64,000 nt of DNA from Octopus vulgaris (lineage: Eukaryota): the NCBI GenBank assembly GCA_951406725.2, contig OX597838.1, positions 5,642,001 to 5,706,000 on the forward strand, read 5' to 3'. Made by a program: the position numbers and the translations under genes. Below, piece after piece: positions 1-14,634 of the stretch (positions are counted from its first letter, which is position 1; each line of letters begins with the position of its first letter). The notes under the pieces were generated by a model, which was not told the origin of the DNA, did not search any database, and worked only from the letters and a program-made list of their open reading frames with translations.

Positions 1-44
<44 letters not shown>

Positions 45-72
45 TATATGTGTTTATGTATATATGTATATA

Positions 73-110
<38 letters not shown>

Positions 111-650
111 CACTTACACGAATTTACGCCTCTTTACTATATACAGTCATGCACATCCATTTCCTTCCAGCTCCTTGTCTATCATTGTTCGTGTGTTAAT
201 TAATTACCAACGTATAATTTCTCCTTCTAACTATCACCGATGCCGTCGCCACCAAATTAGTCACTTGTTGGTAGTCCTATTATCTTATTGTTTCCATTAT
301 TAGTGATGGTGTCGATGCAGATTTTGCTTTGTATATGCCATTTTGTTCTCTTATTATTCGCTATTTTTTTTTTTTGTTTAATGCTCTGGTATATATATGT
401 TTTCCTTGTTTTTTTTTATATATATTAATCAACCTCGTTTTGTTTAATTTTGTATTATTTGTAGATATGCTGTACGTTTTTGTTTTGTCTTGCTTTTTTT
501 GTCCTTTTTCGGGTGGCTGATAGATGTTGTAAGCGTATGCGCACGCGCATGTGTATTTGATTGCCTGCATGTCTATATGTTCGTATATTTTCATTATTTT
601 CCAATGTTATAACGTAATTAGCTAACGTAATATATGAGAAGAAACTAACC

Positions 651-668
651 TACTACTACTACTACTAC

Positions 669-734
<66 letters not shown>

Positions 735-799
735 ATAATAATAATAATAATAATGATAATAATAATAACAACAACAACAACAACAACAACAATAACAAC

Positions 800-864
<65 letters not shown>
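651..864. repeat. Compound trinucleotide microsatellite (TAC)n-(AAT)n-(AAC)n-(AAT)n
   Basis: Directly visible; source of poly-L/V/Y/C spurious ORFs. Confidence 0.95.
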
Positions 865-1318
<454 letters not shown>

Positions 1319-1319
1319 T

Positions 1320-1720
1320 GTAATAAAATGCTCTGATACAGCAATAGAATTGTAAAGAAGGAGAATGGAAAATTAAAAACAAGACAATCCCTTAAAATTT
1401 GATATTTTAAGAATTTGAAGCATCAAATTTGTAAAGTTTGTGTTCGTAATAATTGGCGCATTTAGAACTGCGAGCCAAGATATAGACAAAGAAGTAAAGC
1501 AGATTGGAATAAAATGCCACGCAAAGCTTCTACAGAAAGCTTGCCGCTTAGGGATAAGGATAGGCCACCGTCAGGGTTTTAAGTACTTCAAAGACTATTG
1601 AAGGTTTGTGAATACCTAAGCTTACATGTAGTAACACGCTACGCAAATAAATTCTACTACAACTAAGAATGAACCTGAGTCAAGCCCGTCAATAAGTCCA
1701 TCAATCAATTATTTAAATAA
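1320..1720 (+). mobile_element. Decayed C-terminal RLE region of a third Dong/R4-type LINE
   Basis: Reads VIIGAFRTASQDIDKEVKQIGIKCHAKLLQKACRLGIR, resembling the PIIIGALG...LQKACLLGT motif. Stop codons upstream. Confidence 0.65.
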
Positions 1721-1749
1721 AATAGATAATATATGTATATATATATGAG

Positions 1750-1964
1750 TGTGTGTGTGTCTGTATTTGTCCCCCTAGCATTGCTTGACAACCGATGCTG
1801 GTGTTCTTATGTCCCCGTTACATAGCGGTTCGGCAAAAGAGACCGATAGAATAAGTACTGGGCTTACAAAAGAATGAGTCCTGGGATCGAGTTGCTCGAT
1901 TAAAGGCGGTGCTCCAGCATGGCCGCACTCAAATGACTGAAACAAGTAAAAGAGGAAAGAGTAA
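1750..1964 (+). mobile_element. SINE family B, 3' half
   Basis: Matches the reverse complement of ~43023-43240 (gtccccctagcattgcttgacaaccgatgctgg...ggtgctccagcatggccgc...gaaacaagtaaaagag). Confidence 0.9.
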
Positions 1965-2004
1965 ATGAATAATAACAACATCAATAATAATAATATTAAT
2001 AATG

Positions 2005-2098
<94 letters not shown>

Positions 2099-2449
2099 TG
2101 ATGATGATAATAGTAACAATAGTAGGATTAATAATAGCTCTAAAGATGGCTCTGTATGCTGGAAATAACAAGTAAGTAGAAACACTGCTACCGATAGTGC
2201 ATATATTTACCAAACGAATAGATATTAAATTCAGCTTAAAAAAACCTTCAAACCTACATTGAAAATAAGAAAATTAGTTGAGCGTAAGAATATCACACTG
2301 GATAATGAAAATAAAATAAAAGACCCAGACATGCAAATAGTAACTATAATTATTGCAAATATGATTACCGCTGCTGCCGCCTATGCTAATGGTAGCAATT
2401 AAAATGCAATTAGTAATAATAGAAATATTAATATTGTATTGATAATGAC

Positions 2450-2510
<61 letters not shown>

Positions 2511-2790
2511 ATAGTAGTAGTAGCAGCAGCAGCAGTATCAGTGGTAGCTTGAGAGCTAGTGAAGCAATAGTATTATAAGGTGAAATAGGTGTACGGATAC
2601 AGAAGAAATGGGTGTTTCTGATCAGATTCTCGTTCACGGTGATGATGATGATGATGATGATAATGATGATGATGTTGATTATGATGATGACGATGATGAT
2701 GATGATAATGATGATGATGGTGATGATGATGATGAGGATAATAATGATGATGACAATGATGATGATGATAATGACGCTGATGGTAGTGAT
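2450..2790. repeat. (TAG)n and (GAT)n microsatellites
   Basis: Directly visible; give poly-D/M/H/S spurious ORFs. Confidence 0.9.
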
Positions 2791-2844
2791 AACAAAGTAT
2801 AGAATGATGATTGTGATGATAAATGATCAAAAAACCAGACATAC

Positions 2845-2921
<77 letters not shown>

Positions 2922-2956
2922 ATATATATATATGTATATATATATATGTATAAATA

Positions 2957-3029
<73 letters not shown>

Positions 3030-3510
3030 CGTGTGTGTGCACACACATGCATGCATACATGAATAAACAAAAAATGGACTAAATAAACTGACGAGGAACG
3101 TAAACAATAGTATGAATGCCGTCACGTTTGCAAGCAACGGAGCGGGATGAGTGGAGAGAGGCAAAGTCGCGCTAAAGATTGTTATATATAAATAGCGAAC
3201 TAATCAAGAAGAATCAAAGAGAATGGCAAATTGCGTCAATTATTTCATGCAATATATTCTTGTGCTTTACAGCTATTGCTGAGACCAGGTAGCTGTTAAT
3301 TATAACTGTGAAATATTTAATGGGACAATTTCATACACTTTTTTTTATTGCCGTGCTAATTACCAGTGCATGGCATATACGAAATTGAATAGGTCTCTAT
3401 ATATCTTTACGTATGCAGACGAATATAACCCTCTCACATTCTCTCCCTCCCTGCCTTCGTTCTCTCCCTCCCTTACTCTTACTCAGTATGTATATATATA
3501 TACATATGTA

Positions 3511-3542
<32 letters not shown>

Positions 3543-3556
3543 CTCATATACATGAA

Positions 3557-3591
<35 letters not shown>

Positions 3592-3607
3592 ATACATATA
3601 TATCTCC

Positions 3608-4195
<588 letters not shown>

Positions 4196-5618
4196 CTATG
4201 GTAGTAAATGTATTGAACACATCGATTAATAAACATCTATTGATTGCTTATCGTGCATTTTGTGTTATATGTACAACCATTGTCTATGGTATAAGCTGGG
4301 CCTCTATTTTATATGTGCGTGTATTTATATACACATAATTTGTAAGTACTTATTATATATATGTACAAACATACATGCAGAAATGTTTTCATACACGGAT
4401 ACACAAGGGTTTAAAAGGCGATTAGCAAAAAGTTGTTCCTAATAGAAAGATTAGAATTTAAATGTCGATGGTTGAATACAATGCCAGTAGAAAACAACGA
4501 GAATGTCTACAACAACAGCAACAACAACAACAACAACAAAAACAATAAAAGCTGACAACAACATGAACAATGAGGAAATTTTAGCTTACATAAAAATAAA
4601 AGATATTGTAAACAAAATATATAATCAAATATTTAAAACAAAAAATACAAACGTAAATAAAATGTAGAAATTAAAACACAAAATAACAAAAATTTAGCCT
4701 GAAAAAGAAAATGGCAGAATAATGAACATTTTTAATTTAACTTCAATTTTGGTGTATTTCTTATTTTGTTTGTTTTTTCTTAATTTTTTTTTAATATTTG
4801 CTTTTGTGTAGAAAACAGAGTTACAAATAAGCTGGTTATTAACAGCTTCATTAAAATTAGATTTAGATAAATATAAAACAAGAAGTGTAAGGTAGAAAAA
4901 AAGGTAATAGACGTCGAGAAAGAAAGAGAGTAGTAGAGAGAGAGAGAGAGAGAGGGGAAGAGAGAAAGATAAAGTAACAGCGAGAAAAAGACAAAAAAGA
5001 TAACGTAAAGGCATTGAAATTATGAAATATATAAATGTTATTCTTTAGACAAAAGGAATCTAATTTCTGAATAATTAATTTCTTGGTGGTTTGCGTTTCT
5101 TACAATCGCCACACACCTATCTCCGGCATCCAAACGCCTCTCGGCTCCCGTCCTCCCGTGCTCTCCTCCCATTCGCTAACACTCATTAACGTGGCATTCA
5201 TTATCCTCATCAACTCATTAAGTGGTATTTATTACTTGTTTTGACTGTCGTCGTCGTCGTCGCCATCTTCAAGTTCGTCAGCGCCGTCGTCGTCGTCGTA
5301 GTAGTAGTAGTATTAGGAGTAGTATTAGTAGTAGTAGTAACAGCCATCGTGGTGATTATTGTTAGGGTTAATGATATTATATTGCAAGGACTCTAATACG
5401 TACACCAGACACATACGCGCGTACACAAACCCACACACACATACACACTCACAACACACACGTACAGTTACACACATAAATACAAACATATATTTATATA
5501 AACATATGGATGTACATGTGTGTAAGCATACGTGAGTGCGTGAACCTGTTTGTGAGAATGAATATGTGTATTCTGATAAACATTTACATATATACAAACA
5601 CAGCTACGCTTATGTATT

Positions 5619-5679
<61 letters not shown>

Positions 5680-6649
5680 GTATGTATATATATACATATA
5701 CATATATATATACATATATATATATATATGTATGCATTTTATGTATGTATTTATATGTATATATATATATGTGTGTGTGTATATATATATATATTATATT
5801 ATATACATATATATATATGTATATATATATTATATGTATATACATATATATGTGTGTGTGTGCGTCTGAGTATAAATATGTGTGCATACATTCCAATATG
5901 TTTTTATACATTATATACATATATGAATATATGTATTACAAACACAGCCATACATCCTAACACAAATATAAACATACATACGCATCCCGCCACACACATA
6001 TGTATGTATGTATATATGTATGTATGTATGGATATGGATGTATTGATATATGTACATTACTTCATACGCGCATGTACATTATCACATCACACACATATCC
6101 ATGCGTATATATGTGAGTATGTATCTGCGTGAGTAACAAAGTGAGAGGGAGAGAGGTGTATGCGAATGAAAAGAAAAAGATAGGAAGCGAAAACAATATA
6201 TAAGTGGTAGGAGTACAGTCGCCATTGTCATGTAATTTGAACTGCGAGTTTTGAGGCCATTTTTCCATACATTGTTCTAAGAAAGATTAACAATGAAACA
6301 CAGAAACGAATATAGTGTTTCAGAAAATGCTAACTCTATGCGAAAACCATTCGACAAATAAGAGAAACAAAGGTGAAGAAGGAAAGAAATAAATAATATT
6401 AAGAAAATTCGGAAGTGAACTGGGAGGAAGAAAAGTGAAGTGGAGAGGTAAAAAGGAAGGGGAGAGAAACGAGAATGAACGCTAAGTAAAAATGTCGAAA
6501 TATTAAGTAATTTGTTGAATAGGGCTTTGTTTGTCATTGTTTGGGTTAAAATTTTCTATAGATTTACAGGAAAAATATCATCAAGTTCAGTATGTATGTA
6601 GAATCACATGCGCTGAAGGACTAAATATAATCATCAGATTAAAAATAAC

Positions 6650-6790
6650 ATTATTTACATTATTTATATTCAACGGATATTTGTCCTCATTTTCTTTGTT
6701 GTTAACACAATGCTTCGGGTGATATACCATCAAGCCTTCTTCAGGTGTCTTGGTGAAATTTCGAACCTGGGTTCTCATTCCTTAGGTGCG
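6650..6790 (-). mobile_element. Penelope-like terminal-repeat fragment with degenerate minimal hammerhead ribozyme (6705-6748)
   Basis: Minus strand reads ACAC-CTGAAGA-A-GGCTTGAT GGTAT ATCACCC-GAAG-CATT-GTGT. Stem I ACAC/GTGT, imperfect stem II, GAAA changed to GAAG. Confidence 0.6.
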
Positions 6791-6846
6791 TGTAAATATA
6801 TGCATGTTTCATTGCAATATACGCATATGTGCTTTCGGGTATCTGA

Positions 6847-6907
<61 letters not shown>

Positions 6908-6952
6908 ATGGGAAAGAAAATATATTTATTTATTGTGATAGCTATATTGAGG

Positions 6953-7011
<59 letters not shown>

Positions 7012-7480
7012 TAAAGATGAGATACGTAAGTGCTTATTTCCGCTACATTAAACAGAACACCATTTACTAGATGATATGAAGAAAATGTCAGACCACTTGT
7101 GTAACGGAATTAAACATAAACTTCTGAGAAAAATGGCCAATGAGAAAGAAAACAATACAGCAAGAAGAATGCCAAGAAAACCACTAATATAAGAATAATT
7201 AAATTTTAGTGCCGTCCATCCATCCATCCATCCATCCATCCATCCATCCATCCATACATACATACATACATACACACATACATATGTATATATAGGAGAG
7301 GTTACCGAAATGAGGCCCAAACAAGCGGGTTCCTCCACAGGCTTTAGAAAAACTGAAGGACCACTGCAATAAGTGTGTAAATCATACATGGGAATACGTT
7401 GAATAAAACCATAAGTAACTGATGCACCTTTAATTTCTTTTATCCAAGGCTAAAAACATTTTAGCAACCCCTATAGAGTG

Positions 7481-7570
7481 GGAGCTATGTGGTAGGGAGT
7501 TTATTTCTTAACCACATGGTTTCGTGTTCGTTTCCACAGCGTGCGTCCTTAAGCAAGTACCTTCTATCAT
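7481..7570 (+). mobile_element. Degenerate SINE B head
   Basis: ggagctatgtggtagggag...aaccacatggtttcgtgttcgtttccacagcgtgcgtccttaagcaagt aligns to the SINE B 5' end. Confidence 0.6.
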
Positions 7571-7894
7571 AATCTTGTAAACTTACGTTCCAAGGAAACA
7601 CTCGTAAATGTGAACCTATGGGGTCATTCTTTATTATAAAGGGAGGTTAAAGCAGATCGTTACAGTGTCTCTTTGGCGGGTGGGAATGATGGAGGAGCCT
7701 AAACTTATACGGCACAAATGTCTATAATGTTGGCAACAAGTTGATTTCCAATATTCCACCTGATTATATCCAACACGTCTACGAGTTGCGTCTACCGCCC
7801 AACTAAGCTATAACAAAATTTGAAACGAGAAGGAAAAGAATCATAAAACATATTGTATAATAATCGTTTCAACGTTTTCGTCGTTCTACCATTC

Positions 7895-8040
7895 AACCGC
7901 GTTTGGATGGTAATTTTTTATCGACTCTGAGCGGATATAAAGCAAATTTAGCTTCAGTGAGATTTGAACTCAGAACTCGGAGTGCCTGAATAAGTACTAA
8001 GAAGCATTCCGTTGTGCCCGATGTTGTTCTAACACTGCTA
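7895..8040 (-). mobile_element. Degenerate SINE A
   Basis: tttatcgactc...gatttgaactcagaac is the reverse complement of the SINE A core and B-box region. Confidence 0.5.
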
Positions 8041-9117
8041 AATAATAACCTTTTTGTTTGCAGATTTTGGCTATTTAATTATATCCCCTTGAAAAGGCAC
8101 AACCAACTGCCACACCGAAGGCTCCCAACCGTCATCTATAGCCCATACCTGATATCTATTCTATATTCTGTGTAAACAAGAAAATTGCAGAAAACCTGCG
8201 TGATAGTGGCGTCACGCGTGGCTTGCAGACTATCATATGATTTGTTTAACAGGCGCAATGCATTTTTACTCTTCTTTTCTGTTTTATTTTCATGTGCGCA
8301 TTGTATATTTATTCTTCTCTTCCGTTCTAATTTGACATGCGCATTGCATTTTGTTCTTCTAGACCGTTTTACGAATCCAATGTGCACACGGACATTGTTT
8401 AATCTTTTCTGTCCGGTTTGATCTCAAAACTATTTAGAGATCACAACCAACTCCCGAACCTGCTGTTGGGTGGAGCGCTTCCAGCTCTGATAGTTAGGGT
8501 GGGGGAAACAAGTCTATGTGAATTTGGATGTTTCTGCACACATAGAAGAAACCCAGCCGATATATACCCATCGCATCTGAACATTAATTAAAATGACTTC
8601 TTGAATCCAAACTACCTCCAAGTTCCTCAATAGAGGTTCGATACCCACAACGAAATCTATACACGATTACAATGATTATATATACAACTTTATGAAGACT
8701 TTTTCAGGCTTTATAATCAAAGTTGGTCAGTGAGACTTCGGTGTACGCACATGAGGGAAGAGCGAATATATATAGTGCGTGTGTTTATTTGGCAAACAAA
8801 GAAAATGACTATCCCAAAATACAACAATATTTATGTATACATAATTGTATACACACACAGACAGACACACAGAGGCACACACATACATACTATATATGTG
8901 TGTGTGTGTGTGTGTGCGTGCGTGTGTGTGTGTATCTGTCTCCGTGCTATGTGTACATATATGTGTCCACGTTGACACATATCAACATATATGAGAGAAG
9001 ATAAACATATATTCATATGTATATGTATAACCTCCCTGCTTCCATTTCCTGAGCGCCTATTAATAATAATACTGTAACTGTTCCATTGTTGTTGTTTTTT
9101 TGTTTCCCGTTTGGATT

Positions 9118-9163
<46 letters not shown>

Positions 9164-10433
9164 TTAAATTTTACAAATATATTTACATAGCGCATATATA
9201 TAATTGAGTGCGTGGTGCAACGTGCGTGTGTGTGTGTGTAAACAACAGCATTTTATTTTAACTTGTTGCAATTTATTATAATATGCTCTTAACTTGTCCT
9301 ATATATTTGGAATTTTGGATTTTGTAGTTTGCCAACTTAGTCAACCTTCACTATATTCACAAGTCAGGGTCAGTTCCGGAATACGACCGACTAGAATTTC
9401 TTGCGAAAATTCCAAGAAACCGTTCCATTTGTCCATGTACATGTCGCTTGTACAAGAATTTACAACCGAAATTCTCCAATTGGAACTAAATAATTAATTC
9501 AATGCAGCGTTATATCTTGACATCGCCTTGGCATTCGGAATTGGAAAACTGATGAGAAGAATTCTGAAAGTGAAAAACCATTCTAAATACGATATTCAAA
9601 CGATCACATTTGTTCGTAGACTTATTTCTCACTGGTAAATTTAATTTAGGTTGGTAGAATTAATTCCTCGCGAAATCTTCCTGTTCCTAAAATTTTTCGC
9701 TCTGCCGCCTTATCTATCCAATATATTTTTTTTTAGTTTACGATTGAATATTGAACGTTGGATCACATATTGCTCGTTTCTAGATCGAAGTAGAGCTCCC
9801 CGTCTTTTCAAATATCACACAGGTCTTTTGGGTTAACTCCTCAATTCTGTATACGTATCATGTTTTCCCCTCACTGTCAGCTCCAGGATCACGTACGTAT
9901 CTGTAATTTTGTACATTCTTCTGATTCTGATTCTCAGACAATATCTGACCAGTACTGCTATCCCAACCATACTCCAAACCCCACTCAAAGGAGGCGCTCA
10001 TACTCATTAAACGCACAGTTTACAGATACAACCATTCCTTCCCCAAAACACAAACACTACTCTTAATAGACGCATATATTCAGGTATACACTCATACATA
10101 TCTCCTCACTGGCCGTTTTACAATTTAACATAATTATGAACGCATTCTGGCACAGTGGTGGGAGTTTATTCGCGACAAACTATGACTCAATTCTTAGACT
10201 ACGTACATCCAAGAACATGTTCGGCTGTCCAAGAATTTCTTCTTTGTAAATTTGATTTGAGTGGAAAAAGAGTTGCACGGCACTGAACGTATTTTGCAGT
10301 GTTATCAGCTCTAAAGGACGTAGCAGAACAGAGGTCGAAACGATCAGAAACCGAATCCTGTCGTGAATCTTCACATCAGTATACCTTCTAGAAGGAAATA
10401 CTAACGAGAACTAAGAGTCCTTCAAGCACTGTA

Positions 10434-10652
10434 CGGTAACCCGTCAAGTATTGCGGGTGTTATGTTCCAAAAATACCCGCGAAAGGTGAAACTCCGCGAG
10501 TAGAAACAACACTGTACTGTATTATTTTAATCATCGTATAGTTTGTGTATATTTATTTTATTAAAAAATCCGAAACAACACCACGAAGAATTCGACGTAA
10601 GTTTAAATAATAAACCATGATAGTTGAACCGCGATGTTGCGAGGAATTACTG
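10434..10652. mobile_element. Tc1/mariner-superfamily (pogo/Tigger-like) MITE
   Basis: Flanked by TA on both sides. Imperfect terminal inverted repeats: cggtaacccgtcaagtattgcgg vs reverse complement of the right end, cagtaattcctcgcaacatcgcgg. Confidence 0.6.
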
Positions 10653-11079
10653 TAGTTCACATAGTACTTACACCCTAACTGTGATCTTAACTAGTGCTAC
10701 AACTCCGGTCACAGTAGACTTAAAACATTAGATACTAAGATGCGATTGCACTCCCCTCAAAATCGCGGGGCTTTCGTACCGAGGCCTCACGAGTGGAAAC
10801 AATTTAAATTCATTTAAAGTAATGGAATTTAAATCACAATCTAGGGCACCCAGTTATAGTAACACATATGCGAAAAGATGCTGAACATACATGTACAAAA
10901 GAACTCAGGATGTGTCACACACGTACAGGGTGCAAGCACTCAAATCAATGATCTCGTTTTCTGATCTGATTCCCAAGATTCAACTACCCATTTCTAATTC
11001 CTTACCCCTATCGTCTCTCTTGCCTGACCATCGCTGATACCACAGCAACGTAGTAAACTGATACACACAGCCACGCTTA

Positions 11080-11320
11080 TATTGGAGTAAGATTGTTTGC
11101 CAACATAGCATGGCAGTCCTGGTTTAGGACGAATGTTGCTGTGATTTAGCCCCAGGAGTCATCGTCTCAAGCTGACTCCGTGTCCTTATATTTTCGAACA
11201 AGAACACAGGTCGTGCCGTATAGCGAGCTGGAGACGATGTCTCCTGGGGCTAAATTACAGCAACATTCGTCCTAAACCAGGACTGCCACGTTACGTTGAC
11301 AAACAATCTTTACTCCAAAG
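11080..11320. mobile_element. Foldback/MITE-like element with ~92-bp inverted arms
   Basis: 11082-11173 is the reverse complement of 11226-11318 with about 7 substitutions and 1 indel. Symmetric TA at 11078-79 and 11321-22. Confidence 0.8.
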
Positions 11321-12567
11321 TACTATTGCTGAATATCACTCCTTGTGAGATTTACAAATAGTAATTTCACACTCATATTATTCTACCATTTACCTCGCAT
11401 TAAGTCAGATCTTTCCTCAAAAACGACAATTTTCTTCCGACATTTGTTCTGTAGAGTTATAGTAGCATGTGTTGACCGACTCGAAAGTTTTCGATTTTTA
11501 CCGTCTCAAATTTGCACTATTTCACCCCCCCTATTGCATTTCCTCCCCATTTTATCAGACTTTTACTGAATTCTCAAACTTACAATCTCTTCTAAGAATC
11601 TTTTGGTTTCAATCACCTTTACTTTACGTAACCAGCTCACTCCTCACAACCTGATGCAGAAACTTATACAATAGATTTCTAATCTCGTCTGGGAATCTTG
11701 GAAATCTTATACGTTGAACTGTTTTAGAACTTTATACTTTGTATTTGTATTTGGCTCCTGGGAAAAACTTTAACATTTTCCTCATTCAAAACCACAAATC
11801 TGAAAAAGAAATAATTTCAAATGCAACTTGCTTTTCATTTGTGTAATATGCACACACACACAGACACACACACACACACGGACAGAGATGTGCACAGCAC
11901 AAACACACACAAGGAGACAGACATGCACGCACGTACATATAACTCCTAAAAAAACTGTCACGACACAGCATTTCTTCGACGTCTGTAGGTAAACGAATGC
12001 ACCCCCACACACCCTTACATATACAAGTTCACAATATCACCTAACATTCAGAAAAAAAGACAAAAACCGTGTTCCAAACCATCAATCAATGCCACAAAAT
12101 TTACATACCCTTCACCCGTTTGTACACACTTAGCTACTTTAACAGCATAGAGCATATCTCCTCGTGCCCTTTTCCAGACACAAATAATATGATACGTGCA
12201 TCGCTGTTACCATCCACTCATCGCTTTTCCTCTCCTCCTTCCAAACAGCGAGGAAGAATCCTTGGTTTTCAATATCAACATTCAATTTGGCGTAAATGAA
12301 TAATTTTCATTATATACTTTTTGAAATTTTTTCCTAAGTTTTTTTATATATTCATTTTTTTTTTTTCACTAAACCGATCTTTTCCCGCTCTTCCTATGTC
12401 TTCATTCTTACCCCCATTTATATTCCGATGAAATAACAATGGCTGAAAAAATGGCGTACGCCAAATCTGTAGCTATTAAACTGATGCCGTGTTGTTAATA
12501 ATTTTTACTTTCTGTAAAACTTTCATTGTATCTTATATATGCCCAAGCACGCACAACTATATGCATA

Positions 12568-12610
<43 letters not shown>

Positions 12611-12699
12611 TTATATATATATATATATATATATACATATATATATGTTTATATATATATGAGAACAAAGTGTACGTACGCCGCTATGTATGTATATAT

Positions 12700-12875
12700 T
12701 TATGCAAGTGAAGGAACAAGAATTAGTTACAATATTTTAACGCTCGGGAAGAATGGAAATATCTTTGATGTTTCGAGCACACGCTCTTCGACAGAAAGGA
12801 TTAAGAGGCAATAAACGGTGAGAGAACAGAAGAAAAAAACGGTGTGAGGAACCCACATATGCGATGACTATGTAG
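12700..12875 (-). mobile_element. Penelope-like short repeat with variant minimal hammerhead (12763-12798)
   Basis: Minus strand reads CTTT-CTGTCGA-A-GAGC GTGT GCTC-GAAAC-ATC-AAAG. Same family as 17740-17935 and 50655-50818. Confidence 0.6.
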
Positions 12876-12901
12876 GGATTAATGTTTCAACAAAATGTAT
12901 G

Positions 12902-12968
<67 letters not shown>

Positions 12969-13690
12969 GTGTATATATCCACCCATCTATACGTACATAC
13001 ATATCTACTTACGCTAATATATCCATGGTTTCAGTTACTGTTATTAAAGCCACGAAATATTAAAATCCAAGAGAAAGTCTGGAATGAATTTGATCTTAAT
13101 TTGCCTTCGCTGACAATAGACTTAGAACTTACATAACGCCGACGACCCCGAGAACAGAAAGAAATATACAGCAATAACTACAACAACTATAACATCACCA
13201 GCATCGATTTATTACAAAATATGTTTTCAGATAATTCATCATGAGGCCTGGATATATTATTTCATTTAATTTTAGTTTGATCTCTCTAAATGTTGCACTC
13301 ATCCTGTATGGAGTTTTTCCCATATGGAGAACACACAATGGACTCTTATATTTATAATACACATTATTTCCTGCCGCCACTTCGAAATTAAAATGAAACG
13401 TGCTATTAAGCTGCCTGCAGCAAGATGTGCATAAGAAGCATATTGTGTAAAATTATTTATACCCAAACTGCGTTTAATTTTATGAGTATAGCAAAAACTG
13501 GTTTCTTGGTGTTGTTTTTTTTCTTCTTTTTCACGTCGATCATATGTATGAAGCATTTGTTCCGAATTTAGAAAGTTAAACATGTGACTTCAGATTAACT
13601 AACAGACGCCACCGCTGAATTGATTGAAATGCGTTATGTCTGTCTCTAACTGAGCTCTCTCTCTCTAGCTGAGAGAGAGAGAGCTGGAAA

Positions 13691-13800
13691 GAGATCTAGT
13701 AGTTACGGCTCGTATTCACTATTGCGAGAGTATGAGTTCGATTCCCAGAGCAGAATTATTTCTGTTTTGAGCAATTTACTTCATTTCACGATGCTCCATT
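13691..13800 (+). mobile_element. Degenerate tRNA-derived SINE head with CORE-like segment (family C-related)
   Basis: B-box gagttcgattccc followed by ttgagcaatttacttcatttcacgatgctcca, similar to 55905-55970. Confidence 0.5.
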
Positions 13801-13809
13801 CCAAACTAA

Positions 13810-14590
13810 AAAATTTGGACAAAAAAAAAATAATACGAAAAACATTTTAGATGTACAGATAGGTTCGCGTGACTCGACTCAGATCACTGTTCCCGTAGAA
13901 ATGTAAATAATATATTGCAATAAAAGAAATGCTTGTATAAGAACCTCGATCGGGACGACGCACTGCTGGTGTCCGAAAATACTATAACACTATGGGAGAC
14001 ATAAGCAAAAATATATATCGTTAAAAGTGTAATTCATAACACAAAAACTATTAGCCGAAAAGAATAAGACATTTTGCTAGATGTCAACTCTGTTCTTTAA
14101 GAGAGTACAGTCGGACAAATCAAGAGACTCCACATTCGAGTAGAAGGAACAGAAAACCAAGATAAAATATACAAGGAATAACATTTACCATTTTTTGTTG
14201 CCGCAGCTGGAATATGTCTTACAACACTGAGATCAAATCTATCCAACAATTCTATGAATATCTCTAAAAACTGTTTCCAAAAAGAAATTGATATAATTTT
14301 TCTTATGAGTTAGCAATGAAAATTAATTATCCCCGTTGTCTTAGTTAAATTTAAAAGGAATGATTAGAAACATTTCCATGTGAGTGTGAAACGAATATAA
14401 TTATCATACAAGTGACGTTTCCAGTGTAATTAGGGAAAAGATTAAAACATGTCTATTTGTGCTTTAATTACTATAGTGACTAAAAGTTTACTATGTATGT
14501 CAGTTTAAATGTTTGTGACATTGTACACACTAATTAACCAAAGCCCACTTTCAAACAATTTACTGGCGTTTATAAGTGAAGTATGTATAC
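13810..14590. repeat. Diverged direct duplication, copy 1 (partner ~15180-16015)
   Basis: Colinear shared blocks: tttggacaaaaaaa, gtccgaaaat, aaaaactattagc, tagatgtcaa, ttgccgcagctggaatat, actgagatcaaatct, tctctaaaaactgttt, ctaattaaccaaa, cccactttcaaaca. Confidence 0.85.
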
Positions 14591-14602
14591 CTAGTAAAGA
14601 TT

Positions 14603-14634
<32 letters not shown>

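Noticed and set aside
9294-10420. Moderately GC-rich blocks with short ORFs, possibly CR1- or RTE-derived
   Set aside because: Motif resemblance is too weak to call without a profile search.
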